DNA of 64,000 nt from Dudresnaya verticillata (GCA_977862235.1 OZ374558.1:1922001-1986000), one strand, 5' to 3'; positions 1 through 11,535 are shown, counted from the first letter of the stretch. Notes: generated from the letters alone by a model not told the origin. Numbers and translations: made by a program.

Positions 1-1122
1 CGGTCCGCGCAAAGCCCCAGTCCCCACCACATCACGCTTTGCCCCGGCGCTGCTACTCCCTGACCACCGTGACCGCCTGCTTGCTATCAGATGGCACTTA
101 TGCACCTTCCCAATCCCACCCCGTTGCCCCTCCTCTTGTAGGGCGCTACGCGCCCATGCCCCCGAGCTCACGAAGCTCTCGCACGACGCCCTCCAGCCCT
201 CGGACATCCGCTCAGTCTCATTATCGATTGCTGCGATCCGTGACCTATGCTCAGTGGACCACCCTCCCCCGTTCTCCTTGTCACCCCCGTAACCACCTGC
301 CCGCCCTTTATTGATACCTTGGACCCTAGGGCCGGTGCGCCTGCAAATGGGCCTTTGTTGCCTGCGCAGGACCACCTAAAACAAAAAACATGAATCATCA
401 CTGCCGTTCGCATTATCCTTGATAGGAAATCCCGGCGCCCTGGAGGTGAGCAGGTTGGTTGACACAGCTGAGGATCGAGCAGGTTGAAATGTGTTTCGCT
501 CAAAGAAGACCGGTACAAGCAGCGTTCAAAGACCGGTTTTGTCCGGGAAGCGGCAGCGGTTCTGGACGGCGTGACCTTTGTTACATATTAAAGGCCGTCC
601 CCTCTTCAACCTTGTACGGTCGGCGTGTAGTGGGTAATACAACCACATCTCTATGTCGACGTTGCTCACCGAACACCTTCTTCATCATTCGAACACCATA
701 GCCGTACAGAGCTTTGCACGAGCCGTCGAAACAGAATTGCACGGATCGCCTGTCGAAGAATCAAGAACGGCACCTACTTCGAATTCCATTCCTTCTGTCT
801 ATATCAACTGAACCTCGCTAGTCGACATGAAAGCATAGGTAAGATATGTTTTTATAATTGCTCTCCACATCATCATGACGCCGTATAACGGTCTAGTACA
901 GTTAGAATTAGACTTTCTGCATCGTTCCTTCCTCCTGAATTCTGTAACAGAGTGTTTGCCAATCGTGGAATGGGCCTGGTTGGTCCTCCGAACCTGCTGG
1001 AGATCCCTACAAAACCTAAATAGAGCTCTACTAATATCAACGCAACGTGGCTGAGCAAGCTGTTAAAGAGTCCACCCTTCCGCTGCCGAAACACCCTCGA
1101 CAACGGATGGGCTTCCTACTTC

Positions 1123-2286
1123 CACACCCACATACCTCAGGATATAGCCAACTTTCAAACATAGATATTGGATATCACAATACCACTTACTAATACTTTC
1201 ATGCCCCATTGCGCCGACCACGTGCCAGGGCGCCAATTTCCAAAGGTCAAGCATACAATAGCTGCAGCTGGCGGACGATCTGAGTTAAACAAGGCACGCA
1301 ACTGCGCGACGAACTGGCGACGTTGCCGTCTCCTGAGCTCTACGCCCACTACGTTCTACGGTTGCGCGAGGATGGCCCCAGCCGGATGAATAGCGATACG
1401 CCTCGAGAGTGGCTCTACATACAAATCTTCTAGGATCTAGACCACCTCTGAACCGAAGCTGAGAGTCATATGCAGAAACGCGCTCCAGGTTGCAGATCGC
1501 GCAGATCCCGCACTCGGCCATGAGAGCGGAATCTTAAGTATGGAACAACGTGTGAACGCATGACGGCGACGGCGATGATATATTGAGAATCGAACGGATC
1601 CCGTTTTCCGCTTGTGGCACAGTGCTCTCCGCAATGTTGCAGCGAAGAATGTGCTGCCGGATATCTTTCGAAAACGGAGTAGTTTTGTGGAACTTTCCGG
1701 CAGCGTCACAATTTCCTAAGACACGGCCAAAAGTAAATCAGAAATTCGTCTTGTACCCTGTTTTAGCACATCATGTAAGTTTGGGGACGGTGCAGTGCCG
1801 CAAGCTGGAAACATGACGAGCGGCGCATTGCGTGAGCGAAAATGTGAGCATTGTCGGGACGTGCGAGATGAGACGAGCCTCGCATGACCGCGCCGCCAGT
1901 ACCTTCGAAGGTACACCGCACCTCAACGGGATGCTTTCCTGAGATATGCAAGCCTTGTCGTCCTTATCGCGTTGAAGGCCCACAGTGGCATTCACATGCA
2001 GTCCAGTTTTCAACCTGTCTAATAGGCACTGTCAGGCCGTTCACGGAGCAAGGAGCCACCATGAAGATGGAACAGTGTGTGAGAACGTCGCCCTACATGA
2101 TTCAAACCACCCATAGTTCGTGAAAGAGCACGAGCGTGGCAACTTATAGAAGGAGGGGCGTTGGGTCTTCGCCAAGGTGGTGATGAATCGAACGCTACGC
2201 TGTGACTCTACCGCAGAGCCCCAAGAATATTCTTAGGTATGTTTTTCTGGTGCACGTTGTATTCCAAACGTACCAAAACCCGAACA
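1123..2286. repeat. 1164-bp module M, 8 copies (1123, 12554, 15140, 27147, ~34988, ~45738, 57169, 59755)
   Basis: The same ORF cluster (MDITIPLTNTF..., MTAPPVPSKV...) recurs at each site with scattered substitutions. Confidence 0.92.
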
Positions 2287-2516
2287 CTGCCGTTCGCATT
2301 ATCCTTGGTAGGAGATCCTAGCGGCCTGGAAGTGAGCAGGTTTGTTGACAGAGCTAGGGGCCGAGCGGGTTGAAATGTTTTTGGCTCAAAGAAGAGCAGT
2401 AGAAGCAGCCTTCAAATATCGGCTTTGTCCGGAAACTTGAAAGGGAATGTACTAGTCTATGATCCGAGTCATCTATACAGCCTTTACGAATCGAAAGAAC
2501 TAATATGCTGTAGATA

Positions 2517-3644
2517 CTACATACTACCGATAATGTCTTGGAGCACCCTGTAATCTTCGTCTTGAACGTCAGAAACACTCTCTAAGTACGTAAAGTATTC
2601 CTGTATGGCAGGAGGCACTGAGCTACACAGGCGAGTGATCGGGGTTCTGAGCTTCATCATTAAAATCTCATCTGCTTCGATATCCTGATCCCAAATTAAT
2701 TTGCCTTGCAGCATGTGTAGAAGTACATATCCTAAGCTTTCAAATTCATCGGCTGGAGACTGAACGTGATGGCAATGTGCAGCTATTGGGGCATATATCA
2801 ACGTCCCGACGAACGGCACCTCAACCTGCTCAGCTTCTTGAAAGAAACATGATGTACCAAAATCGATTACATGTATGTAGTTGAGGTTGTCTCGATCGAA
2901 CACAATATTTGCAGGTTTAAGGTCGCGGTGAAGATAGCCAAGACCATGCAATTTTCGAAGGCGATGGAGCACCTGGATTCCGATACTAGCTGTGAGTTTG
3001 GCAGATAGGCGCCCTCCACTTACATCCATGAGAGATTCGATAGAGGGACCATGCAAGTTCATGACCATAAAAGGATAGCCCGAATGACTTGCGAGATATC
3101 TGCAAGGTGGAAAATGTTCCGGATACCTCTCGTTCAATATTCTATAGAGTCCAAATTCCAAATTAACGAATGACGCATCCACTTCGAGTGGGTTATTTTC
3201 CACCTTGACTGCGGCAGTCTCATTTCGGTGCAAATCAAATGCCTCATAGACACCGCCGCATGCGCCGCTACCAATCTTCCTTTTCAGAGCCCACCGGCCA
3301 GCTAGAAGCTCGCCTTCGAATGCAGGCGCGCGCACTGGATGACTCAGCTCTTCTTCAGATTGCATTTTTTGTTGTCTCACCTGACCCGTGGCAGCGCCGG
3401 TAGGTAACTCGTATGCCTCTTTTGACAATCTAGCTTCCACAATATTCTTGCTTTCAATGACATGGTTTTTTTCAATCGGCTTCAAATCGCGGTTTTGATT
3501 TTCATGACGCTTGTCCCCGGAAACATTGATACCCCCAATCTTCAGGTCCTTCATTCTGACTGAGACGAAGATATTCTGGCCCGAGTTTCGTCCAGCTACA
3601 ATGGTGCGAAGGGAAGTTTTTTGTTGAGAAAATGCTTGTCCCAT
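2517..3644 (-). CDS. Casein kinase 1-like Ser/Thr kinase (ORF open to 3809; likely start MGQAFS at 3644, ~375 aa)
   Basis: Motifs IGSGACGGVY, AAVKVE, MVMNLHGPSIESL, LHRDLKPANI, IDFG, FVGTLIYAPIAAH (CK1-type, no APE), DEFESLGYVL and LIW. No introns needed. Confidence 0.9.
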   Translation of the reverse strand: MGQAFSQQKTSLRTIVAGRNSGQNIFVSVRMKDLKIGGINVSGDKRHENQNRDLKPIEKNHVIESKNIVEARLSKEAYELPTGAATGQVRQQKMQSEEELSHPVRAPAFEGELLAGRWALKRKIGSGACGGVYEAFDLHRNETAAVKVENNPLEVDASFVNLEFGLYRILNERYPEHFPPCRYLASHSGYPFMVMNLHGPSIESLMDVSGGRLSAKLTASIGIQVLHRLRKLHGLGYLHRDLKPANIVFDRDNLNYIHVIDFGTSCFFQEAEQVEVPFVGTLIYAPIAAHCHHVQSPADEFESLGYVLLHMLQGKLIWDQDIEADEILMMKLRTPITRLCSSVPPAIQEYFTYLESVSDVQDEDYRVLQDIIGSM

Positions 3645-4591
3645 ATTTGCGTTCTGATTTGAATACTCTGTGGCTCGAATGCTGTTCCGAAACGTTGCGG
3701 AAGAAAGCTTTGATAAGCACTTATTGACGGGGTGTTCTTTGGAGAGCTTGTTTTTCTCAAGAAAGTTTATGTATAAAATGAACTCTAGCGTCATTACGGC
3801 ACGGCCCAAACCTTTTTTCCTTTTTTTCTATATTTGTGACAGCACTTGGGAATCACACCTACAGTGGCAATAAACTTTATTGGGAGCATGGTACCATCAT
3901 TGCAGGCATCACAGAAGTCACGAAAAGATTACTCGGTCTTGGAACGCGTTTGCCACGTCACACACAAGCATCCAACAGTATACTCACAGAATATGTAGGA
4001 TGTGCTCGACCTGGGTAGACAGCATTTAGCACATTATCGATAAAATGAAGTCGGCAGATAGTTAGACGTGAACACGAGCAGTTGTTCTTCAACGTAAATT
4101 CCGGAGTGTAACCCTTTCTTAATTGTGTCCATAAAGAGAAGGCCTTTTTTGTCAACTAATGTCCCACCCAAACGACAAGGGTTGCTGTAGCCGTTGTTCT
4201 ATAATGAAGGATGACAAATACTTTCTTTACAGCAACAAGTTTCCCATGGCGGACATCTCGGCCATGTTTTCTACGACATGGGTTTATTCGCGCAGTTGCA
4301 GAACGCCTCCACGTCGTATCTTTATTACGGCATTTTAATGCAACAACCTTTTTGTTTCAGCGCTGTCGCACACTCAGCGCATTTTTTGTGCCGTCCTCCT
4401 ATTCTATTGCCTACGATATTCGCAAGTAGCGTAGCCATATCCAACCGTTGTGAAAAAGAAGCCATGTCGAATTGCCGACTCCTTCCATTTTTAGTATTAT
4501 TTTTAACGCAGTCGTACCTGATTCGTCCAGTCGCCTCATTCGCATCGCCGATTGGCCGTGCGCGATTTGATCCCAGATATTTTGTACAGAG

Positions 4592-5068
4592 AGAGAGAGA
4601 CCTTTATTAAACAACAAGAGAGAAGCCCCTTAAGGGGGCTTAGGATTCAGAGCTACCATAAAGAGGCGGAGGAGCAAGCTTGCGGCGGTTGACACTCACC
4701 GCCACGCATTGGAGAACTAAAGAGAGTAAACGAGTAGTGAGGCGAAGTTTCTCCGTAGACGGAGAGGTCCCGCGCTTGCTGGCAATGAAATTAGCAATAC
4801 GTTGGGCGCCAACTTCAAAGCCAGATCCAACACGGCCATAGACATCTACAACCATAGGATGGATAACCATATCCAAACTAGCGCACACGCGGCGGTAATG
4901 AGAGCGTTTGACACGTTCGCGAGCTGCAATGGCTTGGCCAGCAACGCGACCAGTGGAACCATGAATAGAATGGGGACTGACGACCGAGACATCAAATCCA
5001 TGGGGGTGAGGGGCAAAGCCACGATCATCAACGAAAATATCCATACGCAGTTGGTCACGTGGATCAAC
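4592..5068 (-). mobile_element. 5'-truncated RLE-type non-LTR retrotransposon (endonuclease C-terminus + 3' UTR), flanked by 99-bp direct repeats
   Basis: Encodes RDQLRMDIFVDD..FDVSVV..RERVKRSHY..HPMVVDVYG..GAQRIANF, homologous to the C-terminus of the 37-39 kb element. The 3' end has a hairpin + AATAAAGGTCTC(TC)n. Direct repeats at 4493-4591 and 5069-5167. Confidence 0.9.
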
Positions 5069-6131
5069 AGTATTATTTTTAACGCAGTCGTACCTGATTC
5101 GCCCAGTCGCCTCATTCTCATCGCCGATTGGCCGTGCGCGATTTGATCCCAGATATTTTGTACAGAGCGCGGAGCGACGCCGAGCGGCAATCGCTCCAAT
5201 CACCTCCATCCCGGCCGTGATACCTCCTCAGCCCACAAGTCCCACTACCGCCTTCGTCAACCTCGTGTTCTCGTCCGAGTCGCGCCAGCGCCCTTTTCAG
5301 ACAGCGACGAAAAGAGCACGTGCCCTTGAATCGAGCGTGTGATCAAGCGTCAACCGGGAGGCGGAATCGGCGCGCGTGGGGAATAGCAGGGAGGCGACAA
5401 CCGCGGCAGCCATGGAGTCACCGTCGTTGTGCGGGAGGTTGAACGAACTTGCTCTGCGAAACAAATATGTAACGGTGAGCTGAGCAAGGCACCGCCTGGT
5501 TGTGAAGATCTCGCCACCGCCAGGAGAGGGTGCCGTTGGTGAGGCCGAGTTTCTCCTGTTCCATCGGACTCAATAGTCTGGCCCGACCACATGCGACAAG
5601 TGGAAGCGGCCTGCCAATGACATTGCTTCGTGTTTTACGTCTAATACCACTCTGTATGGGACATAAAGGACCGTTGTGGGCGGAGAATGAGAGAGGCATA
5701 ACATAAGCGGTTCTACCGTGCAATACTCTTCTCGAGATTTGCCTACATGACGAATCAGTTTTTGTTTTTCTACTGCAACGAGTCCAGAAAGTGTGAGATC
5801 ATGGACCTTGACGTGATCACATGGCGTTTCGATGACGATGATACCTAAGAGAGCGCGTCTTGTCAACGACGTTCCTGGGTTTATGCTCCAAGGCGTATGG
5901 TAACGAAGGTAATGCTCGCCTGTTACTGCGCACGCGGGATACAAGTAGAGGCACGCACCTCCCACCACCCAACAACCAAGATGACCGATCAGAATCACCC
6001 CACCAAACACAGCCGTCTATCGACAGGGGCCGAACAAAATCGAACTTCTTGGATCCGCGCAACCTAGTCGCTGAGATGCACCAAACCTTGTTCATCATGA
6101 CCGATGCTACAAATCCGGACAAAAGGATGCA

Positions 6132-6195
6132 GTTTCTCGAAGCAGTCGTTTCTCGAAGCAGGCGTTTCTCGAAGCAGGCGTTTCTCAAAGCAGGC
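6132..6195 (+). repeat. 16-bp x4 minisatellite GTTTCTCGAAGCAGGC (also ~20725 and ~50747)
   Basis: Read directly; two units carry one substitution each. Confidence 0.9.
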
Positions 6196-7335
6196 TAGAC
6201 GGAGCTAGCGCAGGGAAAGCTCCAGTATTACCGCTATCTCGAAGACCACCTCCCGGTACATATACATTTCGATATGGCCGAAATGTGCATCCCACAAAGT
6301 GTGATCCTGGCGCCCCTCCTGTGCAGAGGGAGGGGCTTTTTCGTCGATCCGGCGCGGAGAGAGAGGAATACAGCTGCTCACGATTTGGTGCAGATTACAA
6401 TCGCGCTGCAGAAGCAATACGGTCGCGGACATTGTTCGCAAAGACACATCCTCGTTCTGCGTCGAGAAGAATATAATGAAGAAGGCGTTGGCTTCTTGGT
6501 AGGAAGGCTGCAAGACGTGTGGCTCTATCCCGTAGATCCGTTGAGGGATTGTGCGCTGGGTCCGACACGCCACTGTCGCACCTTACGCCCCGGCTTCGGT
6601 GGGGTTGGGCGGCGAGGCGCAGCACATGCGCCGTCCCGCAATGGGCACATTTGGTTGGACGTATGGTGCGACAGGTGTCCTAACAGGAAGCTCTGCACCG
6701 TTTGATTGGCTCAAGTTCGAAGCACGTCGTCTTCCGAACCGCCTCCGTCGCTCAGCACGCATTGACACGCATTGCCACTGCAGGTGCGCAGCAGCATTGC
6801 ATTCCACTGCATTCCAGCTATGCCACATTTCAGCACTACCTCTTCAAATTGCGTACAAACGTGCACTGTAGCACATCCGTACCTCCCCCACATTGATCCT
6901 CCGCCATGACGTGATTCTGTTCCTAACATCGCGATTTCCCGCTCCAAAACCGCCGCGCTGTCGCCGAGGTCACCGCCGACACCGTTCACCGCCAATCGCG
7001 GGAGCGTCTTCGTCCAAACCCTACTCCCGCCCGCTACAGGCGCCATTCCCGCGTGTCACGCCCACCCGGCCGTCGCATCCGCCCCCACCATTCTCTCGTC
7101 ACGCCCACCCGCGCCAAGACCGCGAAAAAAACCGCCCGCAACTTATAATGCCCGGTCCCCCCTGCTCCGCCTCACCACACCCCTCGCCTCCCTTCCAAGT
7201 TTCAAGCACATCCCCCACCGTCTTCGAACGCTCGTACACACCCGCACAACCGTTGCCAGCCCTCTCTCTCTGTCCCCTCATCTCTCCCCGCCGCTGCCTC
7301 GAACCTGCCCTCCACCTCGCAACGGCAACCTCACC

Positions 7336-8226
7336 ATGAACTTCCAGCACAACGACCCGCCGCTTCCGTCCTCCTCCGCCCCGGCCCCGGCCCTGGCCTC
7401 TACCTCGTCCCCGACCTCGGCCCCGGCCTCCGCCTCGGCCTCGGCCCCGGCCTCGGCCCCGGCCTCTGCTGCCGACCAGATCCACATCCAGCTGGGCAGG
7501 ATCGATGCCCCGATGCCCCGAAGAGAGCCAAGGCCAGTCGTGCCAGCCCGCACCTCCCCGCCGAGAAGGGCAAGGCAGAGTTGGCCGCAGCAATCGCCGC
7601 CAATTATCAGGATCCGGGCCGCAACGTCAAGGATAGATTCAAGCGCACCGTCGCTGGGTGCAACAATTCCTTCCTGTCCAGGTACAACCTCAAAGCCCTA
7701 CAGATGTACGGAGTCTGGTTGATGCGCGTGCGAGCTTGGTGAGCGTGGTTGATGCGCGTGCGAGCTTGGTGAGCGTGGTTGATGCGCGTGCGAGCACGCG
7801 CATCAACCAGACTCCGTACATCTGCAAGGAGACCAACTGCGGTAAGCGGTTCAAGTGGAAGAGCAGCTTGTTACATCATTGCAGGTCCCACGGCGTCAAG
7901 CGCCTCGCTCGCTTACAATCATGAGAGTCAGAGTCAGGGCGCGGCGAGCGCGGGCGCAGCTGCCGCGCATGCTGCAAAGCTGTCCTAGCAGCACAACCCC
8001 GGTCACATCAACTCCGCTCACATCGCCATTGTCGATGGGCCGCGTGCAAGCGAGCCGGTCAACGCCACGGCCGCAGGCGTTCCATCTGGCAATGCGCCGC
8101 GGGTCTGAATGGAGTGATCGGGTTTGGAGACCTGATGCGCCGGATCGTATGGGCGCTGATCAGCTTCCGGGTGAGCACGTGGAGAGTTTCATGCAGGGTG
8201 ACCTCATTCCTGGGCAGCATAACTAA
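7336..8226 (+). pseudogene. Decayed three-finger C2H2 zinc-finger transcription-factor gene
   Basis: Across frames: DRFK(R)TVAGCNNSFLSRYNLK / KPYRCTESG* / TPYICKETNCGKRFKWKSSLLHHCRSH. Lesions are an 8-bp duplication frameshift (GATGCCCC x2, 7504-7519), an apparent deletion between fingers 1 and 2, and a 30-bp tandem expansion. The 3' end is approximate. Confidence 0.8.
7716..7795 (+). repeat. 30-bp x2.7 tandem repeat TGGTTGATGCGCGTGCGAGCTTGGTGAGCG inside finger 2
   Basis: Read directly. Confidence 0.92.
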
Positions 8227-8341
8227 GAAGCAGATGCGGGAGGAGCTCAACAATTAACATTGTAGCACTAATCGACTGTAGATTAACTTGTCTCACCCCG
8301 TTTCGCTTCTCCCTGTTGTGAATACTCTTGTGGATATCTGC

Positions 8342-9000
8342 TTTTGTTTGTTTTGTAAATCTCACTGTGTTTGGAGCGCTAGCTGCGCTCGATCTCGTGT
8401 ATATCGCTTTACTCTTCTGTTGCCACTGGGAGCGCGGCCACTACCTCTGCGATCGGTGCGAGGACGAATCTCAGATGTTTGGTTGAGAACGAATGGATTA
8501 TGAATGGTCTATGACGCTTGCGTTGAGAGGGTTGGAGGTGGGCGGCATGCTCGCTCAAAAGTTCACGCTTCGTGTTAAAGCTTCGCTGGGTAAGGAGAGG
8601 GGGTTGGGGGCGGCGAATGGGAAGGTTCGTAAATGCCACCTCACTGCGAGCTTCCGCTCGCGGTTATCGGCAAGTCGGAGGGCGGAAGGCAGGGTATGCC
8701 TGGACAATACGGGTGCGCTTCGCGGGCTTGCCAGGGACGTTTACCATTCGGCTCAGATGGAGGCTGGAATGTCGGCATAGCGTGAGGGGCAGCGGAGGTA
8801 TTCCTGGAGTATCGATAAGGGGAGCATATGGACAGCGTTGCGTTGATTGTTTGCTGTGTGTGCCGGCAGGCAGGCGGCAGTGGGCTTGCGCGAGCGCGCG
8901 AGTTTCCGCAGTCCTGCGGATAGCTTGTGTTGGATGGATACCGCGGTTTGCCCTTTGCCTCGGGGACCGGAAGGCTGGATCGTGGGAAAACGTCTTTTTT
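8342..9000 (-). mobile_element. Decayed 3' remnant of a LINE-like element (also ~22935-23593, ~29367-30025, ~52957-53615)
   Basis: Minus-strand translation SIQHKLSAGLRKLAR...PRSAPV...PSALRLADNRERKLAVRWHLRTFP, with stops, aligns to the 13.7-14.3 kb insert (ILQSKFVSSLRRTAR...PRKAPV...PALLLPDHRDRLLAIRWHLCTFP). There is an ACAAAACAAACAAAA tail-like tract at 8342-8356. Boundaries are approximate. Confidence 0.55.
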
Positions 9001-9131
9001 TACGGCTAGCTCAGGCCAGGGCATTGGATGACTTGGAGTTTTGCAGAGTATCAGAAACTGGCGCGAAAAGTTTGCCGTGGAAACTCGAGAACAAATTCGT
9101 CGGCCGCTTCCAGTCTTGACGAAACGCCCGC

Positions 9132-10241
9132 ATGCTGGGAAAGTTTCTTAACACGTTTATGGGCCTTTCCGCCCATCTGCGTTGCTTTTCCGCACCCCTG
9201 CTACATCAACCTGCTACATTCGCCCACCGTTTTCTCTCTCATAGACCTCCTCTCCCTTTCCACGCAGCCTCCGCTCGAGTCGCACGTCAGTTGGCGTGTC
9301 AACCCATCGGTCCCAAACTGTTCCCAGCCTGCAACCACACCACCGCCGACAAGATGAACTCCCTTGCAAAGGCCGGCCCTGGTCACCCACAAACAACTGC
9401 GATCACCGGGGCTGGACCAAAGCCTCAGAAACGCCATTCCGCCAAGCCCAACAAGGAGACCTCGTATCTCGACAAAAGGGCATCGAGCAAGGTCTGTTCA
9501 GGCCAAACGGAGCTCACAGCACGGGTGCCCACTGCGCTTGAGCATTCTGATGCATCACGTGCTCAGAAGGATAGTGTGGTCAGTAATGAGGGCGGCAAAC
9601 TTCAGCAAAAGCGTCGCTCTTGTAGAGAGGCATACAAACTTGCGGGCTTCCGTCTACCCGAGAAACGACTTCCGATGCCTGATCCGCTCCCTCTCAAGCC
9701 CGTTGTGCGTTTCGCAAAGCCCAGCAGCAAAACTCTGTGGTCCGTGATTCGAGACGACGAGTGCAAGTTGGAAGAGTTGTTCAAGCGACTTTCCAACCGT
9801 CCAGTCTACAACCCCGAAGCGCAAAGGCAGGTTCTCGACATCAGTAAGAAATGCTTCGACGCTGTGTCCCAACGCCGTGAAGTTATCAAAGGGGAGCTGA
9901 AGTCGTACCAAGAGAAGCTCGTGGTTGTCTGCGATCGGGAGACGAACGCAAACACAAGCGGTAACAAGAAGAGCTCGAATTCGTGGCAGGTAGTCGAGGA
10001 GCGATCATCTGCCACGAAAACCAAGAGGATCGAAGAGGACATTGGGCATCTCCAGAGGATTCTCCGGGAACAGGACGGATTGTACCACTCCATTCGATAC
10101 CAGCGTCGGGATGTAAAGCGCGAGATTGGAGTCGTTAAGGGAAGAATTTGGGATGCTTGCAAGAGGCATTGGAAAGCTCAAAATGCCTGGTTTCTCAATG
10201 AAAGGATCTTCAGCGCTCAGAGAAGCATGGGGAAGAAGTGA
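9132..10241 (+). CDS. Hypothetical basic protein with a likely helical/coiled-coil C-terminus (369 aa; a shorter 296-codon form would start at ATG 9354)
   Basis: 1.1-kb ORF open in all four copies, including the diverged one; no recognisable domain. Confidence 0.55.
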   Translation: MLGKFLNTFMGLSAHLRCFSAPLLHQPATFAHRFLSHRPPLPFHAASARVARQLACQPIGPKLFPACNHTTADKMNSLAKAGPGHPQTTAITGAGPKPQKRHSAKPNKETSYLDKRASSKVCSGQTELTARVPTALEHSDASRAQKDSVVSNEGGKLQQKRRSCREAYKLAGFRLPEKRLPMPDPLPLKPVVRFAKPSSKTLWSVIRDDECKLEELFKRLSNRPVYNPEAQRQVLDISKKCFDAVSQRREVIKGELKSYQEKLVVVCDRETNANTSGNKKSSNSWQVVEERSSATKTKRIEEDIGHLQRILREQDGLYHSIRYQRRDVKREIGVVKGRIWDACKRHWKAQNAWFLNERIFSAQRSMGKK

Positions 10242-10474
10242 TGGCTTCGTTGTTGACCTCACAGATACTAAGCGGTTTAACAGTGATATCTGGATCAAGT
10301 CTCCAGTCGCTACCGGGATATTGTCCGGCACTTGGTGAGAAAGTTTGGATACTGTTTGTTTGTAGTACTACGCCATCAGGTTGCTCTTGTGATTCCTTTC
10401 GTCGAAGCAGACGCACTCCAAACCAGCATGATTAAACTAATACTAAGGTACCACTCCTGTCGGTATCCGCACTA

Positions 10475-10990
10475 AATCTCGAGCGGCACGTTACCCATGC
10501 CCATATACTAACGAACTCGGCAGTCTTTCCCCTCCAACAATAACCGCAACCGCTCCTGCCCGCTCGGAGCACAACACTGCCGAACTCCGGCGTGACCTCC
10601 GTCATCTCCGCCGCTTATCATTTCTATCTACTGAGGCTAAGCGCGACCAACTATGCATGGAAGTCTATTTTGACGATCCAGCCTTTGCAAATCGCGCCTG
10701 TCCCAAGGCTTTGAAGTCTCTATGGTCAGTCTCCGTTCTCCCCACCTTCGCTCAGCTCGCTCCTCCCTAGGGCGCTATTGCGTTACGGGAAAAAGGCGAA
10801 ACGCATACACTATCGCCTGTTATGTCCCCACAATGACATCGACTTTCATCCTATGGCCATGGATACCTACGCCTTCATTTTCTCTGGTATTCCACTGTCG
10901 TGCCCAACGGATCGCCAACTTCAAGCCGACCAAAAAGGGCACTTCTCTGATGAATACAGTTAACTTTGGCCTCGTTCGTTCATCGATTTC
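10475..10990 (+). mobile_element. Old frameshifted RLE-endonuclease remnant of the same non-LTR family (also ~25068-25583, ~31500-32014, ~55090-55605)
   Basis: Multi-frame RDQLCMEVYFDDPAF / GFEVSMVS / KAKRIHYRLLCPHNDIDFHPMAMDTY / RAQRIANF..KKGTS matches RDHLRMDLYIDDPAF..AFDVSVV..KARHYRRLC..LHPMVMDIY..GAQRVANF..MKGTS. Confidence 0.85.
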
Positions 10991-11321
10991 AAGTCTTCCA
11001 CGACGTAAACCGCTAACCGTAAGACGTAAAACGTAAGGCGCAAACCGTAAACATAGACTGTTCACAACAGAGAGCGAGGGCTTTCAGACCGGATCTTGCT
11101 TTCAGACGACCTTCTGGAGAAGGTTGTCCATGCTGTAGCACCATCAATCTTCGTTGTCCTAGGGGCTGTCTGGGCGTCGTGTGCACAGACAAGAATGCTA
11201 CGAGAGGCTATGCGCAAGGCCACTTTTCTGTTTGTAGCACAGCGGACAGCGGACATTGCGCAAAGAAGGATAAAAGTACGTAATTTGCATACAGTGGCAC
11301 ATCAACGCTTTGGGTATCTGG

Positions 11322-11535
11322 TACCGTCGCCGTACCGTCGTGGTCTCGTCATGGTCCCGTCGTGGTCTCGTCATGGTCCCGCCATGGTCCCGCCATGGTA
11401 CACCGCCATGGTACCGTCGTCGCCCCGTCGTCGCCCCGTCGTCGCCCCGTCGTCGCCCCTTCATCGTCCAATCGTCGTCCCGTCGTCGTCGCGTCGTCGT
11501 CTCGTCGTCATTCAATCGTGGTCCACTCGTCGTCC
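11322..11535 (+). repeat. Degenerate 11-bp minisatellite (CCGTCGTCGCC / CCGTCATGGTC variants); also ~25915-26128, ~32345-32513, ~33700-33965, ~55937-56150
   Basis: Read directly; length differs between copies. Confidence 0.85.

Noticed and set aside
1123..2286. Module M as a true LTR
   Set aside because: No TG..CA termini, PBS, PPT or TSD, and no gag/pol between copies.
4493..4591. Target as a spliced-leader or snRNA gene (typical for CRE/NeSL elements)
   Set aside because: No recognisable snRNA, SL or tRNA sequence by eye, and the three insertion targets are unrelated. An Rfam search would settle it.
4623..4641. GC hairpin as a bacterial rho-independent terminator
   Set aside because: Eukaryotic retroelement context; better explained as the element's conserved 3' UTR structure.
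4640..5209. 189-aa ORF as a standalone nuclease gene
   Set aside because: Its N-terminal ~47 codons come from flank and the 99-bp repeat; the rest is a truncated retroelement end.
5210..6900. Several 100-146 aa overlapping ORFs
   Set aside because: No recognisable motifs; conservation between copies reflects only recent duplication.
7099..7593. RG-repeat protein on the minus strand
   Set aside because: Antisense shadow of the Ala/Pro/Ser-rich N-terminus of the zinc-finger pseudogene.
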